Under the pieces are notes generated by a model. The model made no database searches, had not been told where the DNA came from, and was given only the letters and a program-made list of their open reading frames with translations. The translations under genes were made by a program, and so were the position numbers. DNA of 62,080 bases from Dyella sp. Lineage in GTDB: Bacteria > Pseudomonadota > Gammaproteobacteria > Xanthomonadales > Rhodanobacteraceae. This document shows positions 49,471 to 59,963 of the stretch, in pieces; the stretch's first letter is position 1, and every line of letters begins with the position of its first letter. The DNA lies in the NCBI RefSeq assembly GCF_035508675.1, contig NZ_DATJMN010000008.1, forward strand, positions 1 to 62,080. The letters are read 5' to 3'.

Positions 49471-50926
49471 GACGTTTCTCTTTCAGAAACCACACCAAAG
49501 GAATGCGCGCGTGGCGCCATTGGCCATCGCCGCCTTTCCAGCTCACCGCCTCGTGCTGATCTTTGGCCAGCACGCCGTGCCGCGTCGCCAGCGAGAGGTA
49601 GCCCACCACGCTGCCGAGGCCCTGCTCGGCGGGGCGGCGGTCCAGCACCTGGCCGATGGAAAGCTGGGCGTGGTCGGCCAGCAGTTCGTGCAAGTCGCGA
49701 CGCAGGCTGCGGAAGTCGATTTCCGATTGCGCGACCAGTTCGCCCACGCTATCCAGTGAAATCGCCGCGCCCTCGCTGCGTACGATGCTGCCGTCCACCT
49801 GGGTGTTGCGGGGATCGTGCAGGCGCCATTGCGAGAGCGAGCGCAGGCGGCTGGTGGTGAGCTGCAGCGTATATGGCGTGCGTTGGCGCACGCTGACCGA
49901 ATCGCGCAGTTGCAGGGCTTCGGCTTGCGCCTGTTTCAGCAATTGGTTCAAGCGGCGCTGTTCCAGATAGCCACGGCTTTGCACGAAGCCGCGCAGGCTG
50001 CGCGCGAATTGCTGCAATACCTCGTGCACGTGGCCGCCACGCTCCAGCATCACGCCGGTGAGGCCGCGCAGGAATTGGCGTTCGTGCCGTTGCAGCTTTT
50101 TGGCGAAGCCCCGCGACAGTACGCTTTCCAGCGCAGCATCAAGCTGTGCGCTTTGTTCTACATCGTTGAGCAGCGCCCAGAACGCGTTGAAGCTACGGCC
50201 GGCCTCGCTTTCGGCGATCACGTCGACGCCTTCGAACAGGCGGTCGAGCACGTCGCCGCGCTCGCCTTCGTCGTCGATGATGCGTTCGCGGAATTCGCGG
50301 TTGAGATGTTCGAAGTCCTCGCGCACGCGGCGGAAGTCTTCGGCCAGTTCGTCGGCCAGCTGGATCACTTCGCGTGCGCGTTCCAGCGCGCGCTTGCCAT
50401 CCAGGGCGGCGACTTTGCCGGTGCTGACGCGCGCAATCTCCGCATCCAGGCGGTCGCGTTCCGCATACAGCGCTTGCAGGCGTGCGGTGGGATCGGTTTC
50501 GGTCTGCTCGGCCAGGCGCACCAGTTGCTGGATCACCAGCGACAGGCGGCTTTCAGTGGCGGCGAGGCGCGGCGTATCCAGGCTGCTGACGAAGCGGATC
50601 GCCTGCGCGGTTTGCGCGGAGAGTTCGTATTCCTCTTCACTAGCGCCTTCGGGCAGGCGGCGCTCCAGGAAGCCTTTCGCCAGCCAGTCCGCCACGTAGG
50701 CCTGCGCGGTGCGGGGCAGCTCGCGCGGCAGGTCGGAGGTGTTGATGGCGTCGAGATGATGCTGCAGGCGCTCGAACAGGATGGAGGCGCTGAGCTTGCG
50801 CTCGCCATCCAGCAGCAGGGTTTGCAGCAGGCCGATGATTTCGGGAGCGTGATCGGCGGCAAGCAGGCGCCAGAGTGGCTCTTCGCGCAGCCGCCGATAG
50901 GTGGCGATGCGGGCTTGGAGTTTCAT
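49457..50926 (-). CDS. jetA: Wadjet kleisin JetA (DUF3375)
   Basis: [38 protein letters not shown]. Confidence 0.9.
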   Translation of the reverse strand: MKLQARIATYRRLREEPLWRLLAADHAPEIIGLLQTLLLDGERKLSASILFERLQHHLDAINTSDLPRELPRTAQAYVADWLAKGFLERRLPEGASEEEYELSAQTAQAIRFVSSLDTPRLAATESRLSLVIQQLVRLAEQTETDPTARLQALYAERDRLDAEIARVSTGKVAALDGKRALERAREVIQLADELAEDFRRVREDFEHLNREFRERIIDDEGERGDVLDRLFEGVDVIAESEAGRSFNAFWALLNDVEQSAQLDAALESVLSRGFAKKLQRHERQFLRGLTGVMLERGGHVHEVLQQFARSLRGFVQSRGYLEQRRLNQLLKQAQAEALQLRDSVSVRQRTPYTLQLTTSRLRSLSQWRLHDPRNTQVDGSIVRSEGAAISLDSVGELVAQSEIDFRSLRRDLHELLADHAQLSIGQVLDRRPAEQGLGSVVGYLSLATRHGVLAKDQHEAVSWKGGDGQWRHARIPLVWFLKEKRHELA

Positions 50927-50933
50927 TGTTCTT

Positions 50934-51095
50934 TCTCCCTCTCCGCTGCGGGGAGAGGGCCGGGGTGAGGGGCCACGCTCGCCATAGACTCCATCATCGG
51001 CTTGTTATTTTGCTGCTCTTCCAAAGAACCGTATCTATAACGTTTACCGCAAGGTTCGCCCTTCACCCCAGCCCTCCCCCGGAGGGGAGAGGGAG
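50934..51095. repeat. REP doublet between obgE and jetA
   Basis: CTCCCTCTCC...GGGGAGAGGG-CCGGGGTGAGGGG and inverted CCCTTCACCCCAGCCCTCCCCC...GGGGAGAGGGAG. Confidence 0.8.
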
Positions 51096-51101
51096 TAGCG
51101 C

Positions 51102-52175
<1,074 letters not shown>

Positions 52176-52184
52176 TTAAGTGCC

Positions 52185-52265
52185 GGGAATCGTAAGTGGG
52201 GAATCGTAAATCGTACGTTGGGGGTCGGCGTTAACGAGTGACGATTCCCGATTGACGATTTACGA
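52185..52265. repeat. Inverted heptamer-like repeat (GGGAATC/GTAAATC ... GATTCCC/GATTTAC)
   Basis: Short AATCG-containing units, mirrored on the right. Confidence 0.65.
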
Positions 52266-52267
52266 CC

Positions 52268-52299
52268 AAAAAACAAAAGCCCCGCCAAAGCGGGGCTTT
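52268..52299 (-). terminator. Intrinsic terminator after rpmA
   Basis: Minus strand AAAGCCCCGC-TTTG-GCGGGGCTTTTGTTTTTT. Confidence 0.85.
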
Positions 52300-52319
52300 C
52301 GCTGCATCATCAGGACCCA

Positions 52320-52577
52320 TTAGCCCTTGATGACGTTGACATACCTGCGATTGTTCTCGCCGCGGACCTTGAACTCCACCTTACCGTCGACCAGCGCATA
52401 CAGCGTGTGGTCACGGCCCAGGCCAACGCCGGTGCCGGGATGGAACTGGGTGCCGCGCTGGCGGACGATGATGTTGCCGGCCTCGATGGCCTGGCCGCCA
52501 TAGATCTTCACGCCGAGGTATTTCGGGTTCGAATCGCGACCGTTGCGGGATGAACCTACGCCTTTTTTATGTGCCAT
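52320..52577 (-). CDS. rpmA: 50S ribosomal protein L27
   Basis: [16 protein letters not shown]. Confidence 0.98.
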   Translation of the reverse strand: MAHKKGVGSSRNGRDSNPKYLGVKIYGGQAIEAGNIIVRQRGTQFHPGTGVGLGRDHTLYALVDGKVEFKVRGENNRRYVNVIKG

Positions 52578-52602
52578 GACTGATTACTCCAGAATTGGCG
52601 GA

Positions 52603-52917
52603 TCAGGCGTTGATGCCCGTGATCTCGACTTCGGTGAAATGCTGACGATGTCCCTGCTGCTTCTTGTGGTGCTTGCGGCGGCGGAACTTGATGATGCGGA
52701 CCTTGTCGGCGCGGCCATGCTTGCGCACGGTAGCGGAAACGGTGGCGCCGGAAACGGTCGGGGCACCGACGGTGATGGTCTCACCGGAACCGACCAGCAG
52801 CACCTGGTCGAAATTCACGCTGGCGCCTTCTTCGGCGTTCAGGAGCTCCACGCGCAGGACGTCGCCCTGCTGGACGCGGTATTGCTTGCCGCCGGTCTTG
52901 ATGACTGCATAACTCAT
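52603..52917 (-). CDS. rplU: 50S ribosomal protein L21
   Basis: [17 protein letters not shown]. Confidence 0.98.
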   Translation of the reverse strand: MSYAVIKTGGKQYRVQQGDVLRVELLNAEEGASVNFDQVLLVGSGETITVGAPTVSGATVSATVRKHGRADKVRIIKFRRRKHHKKQQGHRQHFTEVEITGINA

Positions 52918-52984
52918 GGGAATGGCCCTTCTGTCGTTATTCTCTTGGGTTCGCCGCGTCCATTACGGGCGTAGCGAACTGCGG

Positions 52985-53014
52985 ATTATAGCGACGCGGC
53001 CATTTACTGGTCAA
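52985..53014 (-). promoter_or_regulatory. sigma70 promoter of rplU-rpmA
   Basis: Minus strand TTGACC-18 nt-TATAAT. Confidence 0.7.
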
Positions 53015-53029
53015 TCACTGACCAGACCC

Positions 53030-53197
53030 CTAGGGATGCTCTGTTTAATTCAGCGTAGGCCGCAGCGGCCCTGTGAGTTCGCAGGGCACAGGGCCATCGG
53101 TGAAGGCAGACTGGCTGTCCGTCGAGGCGATGGACCGAAGCTATGCGGACTCACAGGGTCGCTGCGGCTTGCGGTGGATTAAACAGAGCATCCCTAG
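53030..53197. mobile_element. 168-bp MITE-like palindromic element
   Basis: Terminal CTAGGGATGCTCTGTTTAAT / ATTAAACAGAGCATCCCTAG (20 bp perfect; arms about 54 bp); no coding capacity. Confidence 0.8.
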
Positions 53198-53679
53198 CTC
53201 CCATGGCCGCCGCCGGTGGCGGGGCAGCGGCCGTCCGCGCCCAGCTTGCCCTGCTTCTGCAGGTCGGAAAACATGTCCGCGGTACGCTGCCGGCTCCATT
53301 GCTGGCCGCTCTGGGCCGCCTCGGCCAGGGTGGCTGGCATCTGGGCCACCAGTTTCTCGCCCAGCGGGGATTTGTAGAACTTGATCAGGCCCTCCACCTC
53401 GTCGGCGGTGAAATGGTGCTGATAGGCCGGGATCATGGCGGTGATCAGCTGCTCCGTCCCGGTCTTGTCGATATAGCTCTTCCAGTAGTCGGTCGGTACG
53501 CAGGGCAGTTGCTGCCCCATTACCTCGGCCATCTGCTCGTTCATGGCGGCGAACTGGCTGGACGCATTCATCGCCTGCATCAGTTCCCGCACCTGCGCCT
53601 CGGAGGGCTGGGCCGCCAGGGCGGGACCGGCCGCCAGCGCTGCGCACAACCCCAAGCCCGTCATCCACTTGCCAGCCAT
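53194..53679 (-). CDS. DUF2059 domain secreted protein
   Basis: Signal peptide, YQHHFTADEVEGLIKFYKSPLGEK; GGAGG RBS. Confidence 0.88.
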   Translation of the reverse strand: MAGKWMTGLGLCAALAAGPALAAQPSEAQVRELMQAMNASSQFAAMNEQMAEVMGQQLPCVPTDYWKSYIDKTGTEQLITAMIPAYQHHFTADEVEGLIKFYKSPLGEKLVAQMPATLAEAAQSGQQWSRQRTADMFSDLQKQGKLGADGRCPATGGGHGS

Positions 53680-53849
53680 ATACAGCCTCCGCTTCAAGCC
53701 ACCCGGGAATGTAGCGGGCGAGCATAGTCGCCTGTCTGGCTGCTGCCTAGCCGGCCTGCTGACATAACGCTGTCAGCAGGCTTGTGCCCCTCGCATGCGG
53801 CCCCGCTACGGCCACTTGTTATAGTGCGAGGTCCCCCAAATAGTCAGGC

Positions 53850-56750
53850 GTGATGGACACCATACGCATCCGCGGCGCGCGCACGCACAACCTCAAGAAC
53901 ATCGATCTGGACCTGCCGCGTGACCGGCTGATCGTGATCACCGGACTGTCCGGGTCGGGCAAGTCCTCGCTGGCGTTCGACACCATCTATGCCGAGGGCC
54001 AGCGGCGCTATGTCGAATCGCTGTCGGCCTATGCGCGGCAATTTCTTTCGATGATGGAAAAGCCCGACGTGGACCACATCGAGGGGCTGTCGCCGGCGAT
54101 CTCGATCGAGCAGAAATCCACCTCGCACAACCCGCGCTCCACCGTGGGCACCATCACCGAGGTGTACGACTACCTGCGCTTGCTCTACGCCCGCGTGGGC
54201 ACGCCGCGCTGCCCGGACCACGGCATTGCGCTGGAGGCGCAGACGGTGAGCCAGATGGTGGATACCACCCTGGCGATGGACCCGGAAAAACGCTTCATGC
54301 TGCTGGCGCCGGTGATTCGCGAGCGCAAGGGCGAGCACGTGCAGGTGTTCGAGCAGTTGCGTGCCCAAGGTTTCGTACGTGCGCGTGTGGACGGCGTCGT
54401 ATACGACCTGGACGCCGTGCCGCCGCTTACCCTGCGCCAGAAGCACACCATTGAAGCAGTGATCGACCGCTTCCGCCCGCGCGAGGACATCAAGCAGCGC
54501 CTGGCCGAATCCTTCGAGACGGCGCTGAGGCTCGGCGACGGCCTGGCGATCGTGGTCGACATGGACGACCCGAAGGCGAGCGAGCAGTTGTATTCCTCGC
54601 GCTATTCCTGCCCGGTATGCGACTACTCGCTGCCGGAACTGGAACCGCGCTTGTTTTCCTTCAACTCGCCGGTGGGCGCCTGCCCCACCTGCGACGGCCT
54701 GGGCGTCACCCAGGTGTTCTCGCCCGAGCGCGTGGTGCATCACCCGGAGCTGTCGCTGGCAGCCGGCGCGGTCCGCGGCTGGGATCGCCGCAACGCGCAT
54801 TATTTCCAGCTGATCCTGTCGCTCGCCAAGCATTACGGCTTCGATGTGGAAACGCCGTGGCAAAAGCTGCCCAAGACCGTGCAGCAAGCCGTGTTGTACG
54901 GCAGCGGCAAGGAGAAGATCCAGTTCCGCTACCTGACCGAGCGCGGCGGCAAGGTCACGCGCGAGCACGCGTTCGAAGGCATCCTGCCAAACCTGGAACG
55001 CCGCTACAAAGAAACCGAATCGCCAGCCGTGCGCGAAGAGCTGGCGAAATACATCAGCGACCATCCGTGCCCCGAATGCGGCGGCCAACGCTTGAACCGC
55101 TCGGCACGCAACGTATTCGTGGCCGACCAGGCGCTGCCTGTGCTGACGGCGCGCTCCATCGACGATGCGCTTGCCTTCTTCGAAACACTCAAGCTCACCG
55201 GTTGGCGCGGCGAGATCGCGGTGAAGATCGTCAAGGAAATCCGCGAGCGCCTGAGTTTCCTCAACGACGTGGGCCTGAACTACCTCACCCTGGATCGCCA
55301 GGCCGATACGCTATCGGGCGGTGAAGCACAGCGTATTCGTCTCGCCTCGCAAATTGGCGCCGGCCTGGTCGGCGTGATGTACGTGCTGGACGAACCTTCG
55401 ATCGGCCTGCATCAGCGCGACAACGAGCGCCTGCTCGGCACGCTCACGCGGCTGCGCGACCTGGGCAACACGGTAATCGTGGTCGAACACGACGAGGATG
55501 CGATTCGCGCCGCCGATTACGTGCTGGACATCGGCCCCGGTGCGGGCGTGCATGGCGGTGAAGTAGTTGCGCAGGGCACGCTGAAGGACATTCTCGCTTC
55601 GCCGCGCTCGGTCACTGGCCAATACTTGTCCGGCAAACGCGAAATCAAAATACCCGAAGAACGCCGCGAACAGCTCGACAAGGATTCCTGGCTGCATCTG
55701 CGTGGCGCCACCGGCAACAACCTGAAGAATGTGGACCTCGCCATTCCGGCCGGCCTGTTCACCTGCGTCACAGGTGTTTCCGGCTCCGGCAAATCCACCT
55801 TGATCAATGACACGCTGTTCGCGCTTGCCGCGGCCGAATTGAATGGCTCAAGCATTCAGCCCGCACCGTACAAGTCGGTGGAAGGCTTGGAACTGTTCGA
55901 TAAAGTCGTGGACATCGACCAGTCGCCGATCGGCCGCACCCCGCGCTCGAATCCGGCGACGTACACCGGCCTGTTCACGCCGCTGCGCGAACTGTTCGCC
56001 CAAGTGCCGGAAGCACGCTCACGTGGCTACACGCCCGGACGTTTCAGCTTCAACGTGCGCGGCGGACGCTGCGAAGCCTGCGAAGGCGACGGCATGATCA
56101 AGGTGGAAATGCACTTCCTGCCCGACGTGTACGTGCCTTGCGACGTCTGCCACGGCAAACGCTACAACCGCGAGACGCTGGAGATCCTCTACAAGGGCCA
56201 CACGATTGCCGATGTGCTCGACATGACGGTGGAAGATGCCGCCAAGCTGTTCGAGAACGTGCCGGTGATCGCGCGCAAGCTCGATACGCTGCGCGCGGTG
56301 GGCCTGGATTACATCAAGCTCGGCCAGAGCGCGACCACGTTGTCCGGCGGCGAAGCGCAGCGCGTAAAACTGTCGAAGGAATTGTCCAAACGCGAAACCG
56401 GTCGCACGCTGTACATCCTCGACGAACCCACTACCGGCTTGCACTTCCACGACATCGAGCAACTGCTCGACGTGCTGCATCAACTCGCCGATCAAGGCAA
56501 TACGGTGGTGGTGATCGAGCACAACCTCGACGTGATCAAGACAGCCGACTGGATCGTCGACCTCGGACCGGAAGGTGGCTCGGGCGGCGGACGCATTCTC
56601 GTCACCGGAACCCCGGAAACGGTTGCCGCCACAGTGGGCTCGCACACCGGCCGCTTCCTCGCCTCGCATCTCAAGCCTGCGAAAGCGGCGCGCCCCAAGA
56701 TCGTGAGCGACAACGGCAAAGCCAAACCCAAGCGCAAAGTAGCTTCATGA
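53850..56750 (+). CDS. uvrA: Excinuclease ABC subunit A
   Basis: GARTHNLK, two Walker A motifs, zinc fingers, LSGGEAQR twice. Confidence 0.98.
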   Translation: MMDTIRIRGARTHNLKNIDLDLPRDRLIVITGLSGSGKSSLAFDTIYAEGQRRYVESLSAYARQFLSMMEKPDVDHIEGLSPAISIEQKSTSHNPRSTVGTITEVYDYLRLLYARVGTPRCPDHGIALEAQTVSQMVDTTLAMDPEKRFMLLAPVIRERKGEHVQVFEQLRAQGFVRARVDGVVYDLDAVPPLTLRQKHTIEAVIDRFRPREDIKQRLAESFETALRLGDGLAIVVDMDDPKASEQLYSSRYSCPVCDYSLPELEPRLFSFNSPVGACPTCDGLGVTQVFSPERVVHHPELSLAAGAVRGWDRRNAHYFQLILSLAKHYGFDVETPWQKLPKTVQQAVLYGSGKEKIQFRYLTERGGKVTREHAFEGILPNLERRYKETESPAVREELAKYISDHPCPECGGQRLNRSARNVFVADQALPVLTARSIDDALAFFETLKLTGWRGEIAVKIVKEIRERLSFLNDVGLNYLTLDRQADTLSGGEAQRIRLASQIGAGLVGVMYVLDEPSIGLHQRDNERLLGTLTRLRDLGNTVIVVEHDEDAIRAADYVLDIGPGAGVHGGEVVAQGTLKDILASPRSVTGQYLSGKREIKIPEERREQLDKDSWLHLRGATGNNLKNVDLAIPAGLFTCVTGVSGSGKSTLINDTLFALAAAELNGSSIQPAPYKSVEGLELFDKVVDIDQSPIGRTPRSNPATYTGLFTPLRELFAQVPEARSRGYTPGRFSFNVRGGRCEACEGDGMIKVEMHFLPDVYVPCDVCHGKRYNRETLEILYKGHTIADVLDMTVEDAAKLFENVPVIARKLDTLRAVGLDYIKLGQSATTLSGGEAQRVKLSKELSKRETGRTLYILDEPTTGLHFHDIEQLLDVLHQLADQGNTVVVIEHNLDVIKTADWIVDLGPEGGSGGGRILVTGTPETVAATVGSHTGRFLASHLKPAKAARPKIVSDNGKAKPKRKVAS

Positions 56751-57169
56751 CGAACGATTCTTCTTCCACACAAACACCGCTGTACACGGCCGCCATCAGC
56801 ATACGCTGGCGCGATCTTGACGCCTTCAATCACGTCAACAACTCGACCTACCTCACCTATCTGGAAGAGGCGCGTGTGCAGTGGCTGCAACGGCTTCCGG
56901 GCTCATGGTCCGATGACCATGCGATGCCGGTGATGGCAGCCAGTACGCTCAACTATCGCTTGCCGATCGAATGGCCCGGTGAAGTGCACATCGAGCTGTA
57001 CTGCGCGCGACTGGGCAACAGTTCCATGACCGTCGCGCATCGCATCGTCGATGCAACCGACAGCAGCAAGCTGTATTGCGATGGTCATGTAGTGATGGTG
57101 TGGATGGATCCGGCCACCGGTAAATCCGTGCCGCTGCCGCTGGCGCTGCGGGACGCTGCGTCGCAATAA
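56747..57169 (+). CDS. Acyl-CoA thioesterase (4HBT/YbgC family)
   Basis: [24 protein letters not shown]. Confidence 0.92.
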   Translation: MTNDSSSTQTPLYTAAISIRWRDLDAFNHVNNSTYLTYLEEARVQWLQRLPGSWSDDHAMPVMAASTLNYRLPIEWPGEVHIELYCARLGNSSMTVAHRIVDATDSSKLYCDGHVVMVWMDPATGKSVPLPLALRDAASQ

Positions 57170-57195
57170 ACTTGCGGTCATTCCGGTGAAGCCGC

Positions 57196-57228
57196 GTAGG
57201 CTGGGGTGAGCGAACGCGAACTCCAACC
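57196..57228 (+). repeat. Single GTAG-family REP
   Basis: GTAGGCTGGGGTGAGCGAACGCGAACTCCAAC, matching the 44159 unit. Confidence 0.8.
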
Positions 57229-57387
57229 TTGCCATGCATTACCGTGACGCTGGGGGTTGGCTAGGGCTGCCATCCCCGTCGCTCCTTTCTGGGTTGCATA
57301 TCTGTCACATATCGCGTGCGATTCTGGTTCACTAGAATCCCGCTGTTCCACCCCACGAACACCCCTCCTACCCACGGAGTCACGCGT

Positions 57388-57816
57388 ATGGAAATCCAGC
57401 CTTATCTGTACTTCGACGGCCGCTGCGAGGAAGCCATCGCGTTCTATCGCGACGCACTCGGCGCACGGGAACTCATGAAAATGCGGTTCAAAGAGGCGCC
57501 TCCCAGCGACGACTATCAGATACCTCCCGAGTCCGCCGATAAAGTCATGCATGCCGCGCTGATCATCGGCAGCACGCATCTGCTGATGTCTGACGGCCAG
57601 GGCGGCAAGCAAAAAGTAGCGCACTCAGGCTTCAGCCTTTCGGTGACCGCTAACGACGTCGCATCAGGTGAAACGTATTTCAACGCACTCGCACAAGGCG
57701 GCCAGATCACCATGCCGTTCCAGAAAACCTTCTGGACCGAGGGCTTCGGCATGCTGGTGGACAAGTTCGGCGTGCCATGGATGGTCAACGTGCAGCATGA
57801 AGGCGAGAAGCACTAA
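57388..57816 (+). CDS. VOC/PhnB (YjdN-like) protein
   Basis: PYLYFDGRCEEAIAFY, VMHAAL, FW...FGMLVDKFGVPW. Confidence 0.9.
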   Translation: MEIQPYLYFDGRCEEAIAFYRDALGARELMKMRFKEAPPSDDYQIPPESADKVMHAALIIGSTHLLMSDGQGGKQKVAHSGFSLSVTANDVASGETYFNALAQGGQITMPFQKTFWTEGFGMLVDKFGVPWMVNVQHEGEKH

Positions 57817-58028
57817 GTCGTCCATCTGTTGTGTCCCTTCCCAGAGCAAATCCGGAAGGGACTCTCGCTGAATAAACAACGCACTGCTGTTCAGCAAACT
57901 GAGGGACGTCGGACAAATTCGGACCAGGACTACTACTAGCCCTTTGTGAATCAGTCCAGGCTGACTGATCCAAATACTCGCGATTTCTACCATTCCTCAT
58001 CACCTAACGATCCGATGAGGACCACGCC

Positions 58029-59858
58029 ATGAACATGGCAAATCGCACTGAGCAAAATCCGAAGAAGGGCACGCTTGTTCGCAGCTTGATCGCAGCAGCC
58101 CTGGCTGAAGCCATCATGATAGGCTCTGCAATGGCGGTCGGCACGGATGCGCAGAACACGCTGGTTGCAGATGACTTCAACGTACCGGCTGCTGAAGAGA
58201 CAACCAGCACCGACAGCAGCACTAGCAGTAGCTCGTCGTCCACAACTCCCTCCCTGTTAACGATGGGCGCGACTCAGCGCAGCAGCATGGGCGTCATGGA
58301 AGTGTCGGATCCGCAGTTCGCTGTGGAAGGTTTGCATGGCCCCAACAATGCCTCCTTGAACGGTGCAGATCCGTCCACGATGACTGCACTTGCCATGGGC
58401 GTGAGCTCCAATGCCAGCGGCGGCAACGCCGTCGCGGTCGGCATCCAAAGCGTCGCCGCATCGGACAACTCCGTCGCACTCGGCAACCGGGCTCAGACCG
58501 GGGCAGATCAGCCATATTCAGTAGCAGTTGGCTCAAATGCTTCCACCAGGGGTACGCAAGCCATAGCACTGGGTGCGAACGTAAGGGCATACGCAGATAA
58601 CGCGCTTGCCGTCGGCAACAACAACACCCAGGCACTAAGCAAGAGCTCGATCGCGATGGGTGATGGCGCCAGAGTGAACAGCCGCGCCGACAATTCGATC
58701 GCCATGGGCACCAGCGCGACCGTTGGCGTGAGCGCTACCAATGCGATGGCATTGGGTTCAAATGCCAACGTCGTTGCGAGTGCCTATGGCAGCATAGCTT
58801 TGGGTGCAGGCTCCATCGCCGACCGCGCGAATGCGCTGTCCGTTGGTTACGCTGGTGCGGAGCGCCAGATCGTCAACGTAGCGGCCGGCACGCAACTTAC
58901 AGATGCAGTGAACGTGAGCCAGCTCAAAGGTGTGACGGATGCATTGGGTGCAGGTGCCGGCGTAGCGCCGGACGGCAGTATCACGCAGCCGTCGTTCCTG
59001 GTTCAAGGCAACCGTTACTCCACGGTCGAGCAGGCCATTCAGGCGGCCGCGGCGGGTGGTGCCACCGATTCGCTCGCGGTGAGATACGACCTGAATTCGG
59101 ACGGCTCGGCGAACTACGGTTCGGTGACGCTGGGTGGCAACGCTTCGGCACCGGTCATCCTGACCAACGTGGCCGACGGCAAAAATCAATACGACGCCGT
59201 CAACTTCGGCCAGCTCAGCAACCTGCAAGGCCAGGTCGACAACTTGAACCAGACCGTCACCAACATCGGCGACCGTGTCACGAACATCGAGAACGGTGGT
59301 GGTAACGGCGGTGGTGGCGGTGGCAACGGCGGCAGTTGGAACCAAGATGCGCAAGGCGAGAAGATCGTCAACGTCGGCGACGGCGCGGTGAATCCGTCGA
59401 GCCAGGACGCCGTCAACGGCTCGCAGCTGGCCGCGACCGCACAAAGTACCGCCGATGCTCTGGGCGGTGGCGCCAAGCTCAATGACGATGGCACGATCTC
59501 GACACCGACTTACACGGTTGGCGGCCAGCAAGTTCGCGGCGTCGAAGGTGCGGTGAATCAGCTCGACCGGCGCATCGATGGCCTGCAGGGGCAGATCGAT
59601 GGACTCCAAGGCCAACTCGACAACACCGCACGCGGCGCTTACTCCGGCATCGCGGCCGCCACGGCGCTGACGATGATTCCGGGCGTCGATGTGGGCAAGA
59701 CCTTGTCGGTCGGCGCCGGTGTCGCGAACTACAAAGGTTACACCGCTGCCGCGTTGGGCGGGGAGGCTCGGGTCAGTGAAAACTGGAAGGTACGCGCAGG
59801 CGTGGGCCTGTCCAGCAATGGCAACACGGTGGGTGTGGGCGCCTCATTCCAGTGGTGA
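58029..59858 (+). CDS. Trimeric autotransporter adhesin (YadA family)
   Basis: Signal peptide, xxA[L/I/V]G head repeats, DAVNxxQL necks, coiled coil, GIAAATAL...VGASFQW anchor. Confidence 0.93.
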   Translation: MNMANRTEQNPKKGTLVRSLIAAALAEAIMIGSAMAVGTDAQNTLVADDFNVPAAEETTSTDSSTSSSSSSTTPSLLTMGATQRSSMGVMEVSDPQFAVEGLHGPNNASLNGADPSTMTALAMGVSSNASGGNAVAVGIQSVAASDNSVALGNRAQTGADQPYSVAVGSNASTRGTQAIALGANVRAYADNALAVGNNNTQALSKSSIAMGDGARVNSRADNSIAMGTSATVGVSATNAMALGSNANVVASAYGSIALGAGSIADRANALSVGYAGAERQIVNVAAGTQLTDAVNVSQLKGVTDALGAGAGVAPDGSITQPSFLVQGNRYSTVEQAIQAAAAGGATDSLAVRYDLNSDGSANYGSVTLGGNASAPVILTNVADGKNQYDAVNFGQLSNLQGQVDNLNQTVTNIGDRVTNIENGGGNGGGGGGNGGSWNQDAQGEKIVNVGDGAVNPSSQDAVNGSQLAATAQSTADALGGGAKLNDDGTISTPTYTVGGQQVRGVEGAVNQLDRRIDGLQGQIDGLQGQLDNTARGAYSGIAAATALTMIPGVDVGKTLSVGAGVANYKGYTAAALGGEARVSENWKVRAGVGLSSNGNTVGVGASFQW

Positions 59859-59860
59859 TG

Positions 59861-59893
59861 AAAAAGCGGGCGAGGCTTTCGCCCCGCCCGCTT
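59861..59893 (-). terminator. Intrinsic terminator for the minus-strand YadA-like gene
   Basis: AAGCGGGCG..GGC-GAAA-GCC..CGCCCGCTTTTT on the minus strand. Confidence 0.7.
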
Positions 59894-59936
59894 CGATGTA
59901 CGTCTCAATGTATTTCCAGATATGTTTCGCTCCTTC

Positions 59937-59963
59937 AAGCCCGGCCTTCGCCGGGTTTTTTTT
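59937..59963 (+). terminator. Intrinsic terminator for the plus-strand TAA gene
   Basis: CCCGGC-CTTC-GCCGGG-TTTTTTTT. Confidence 0.8.
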
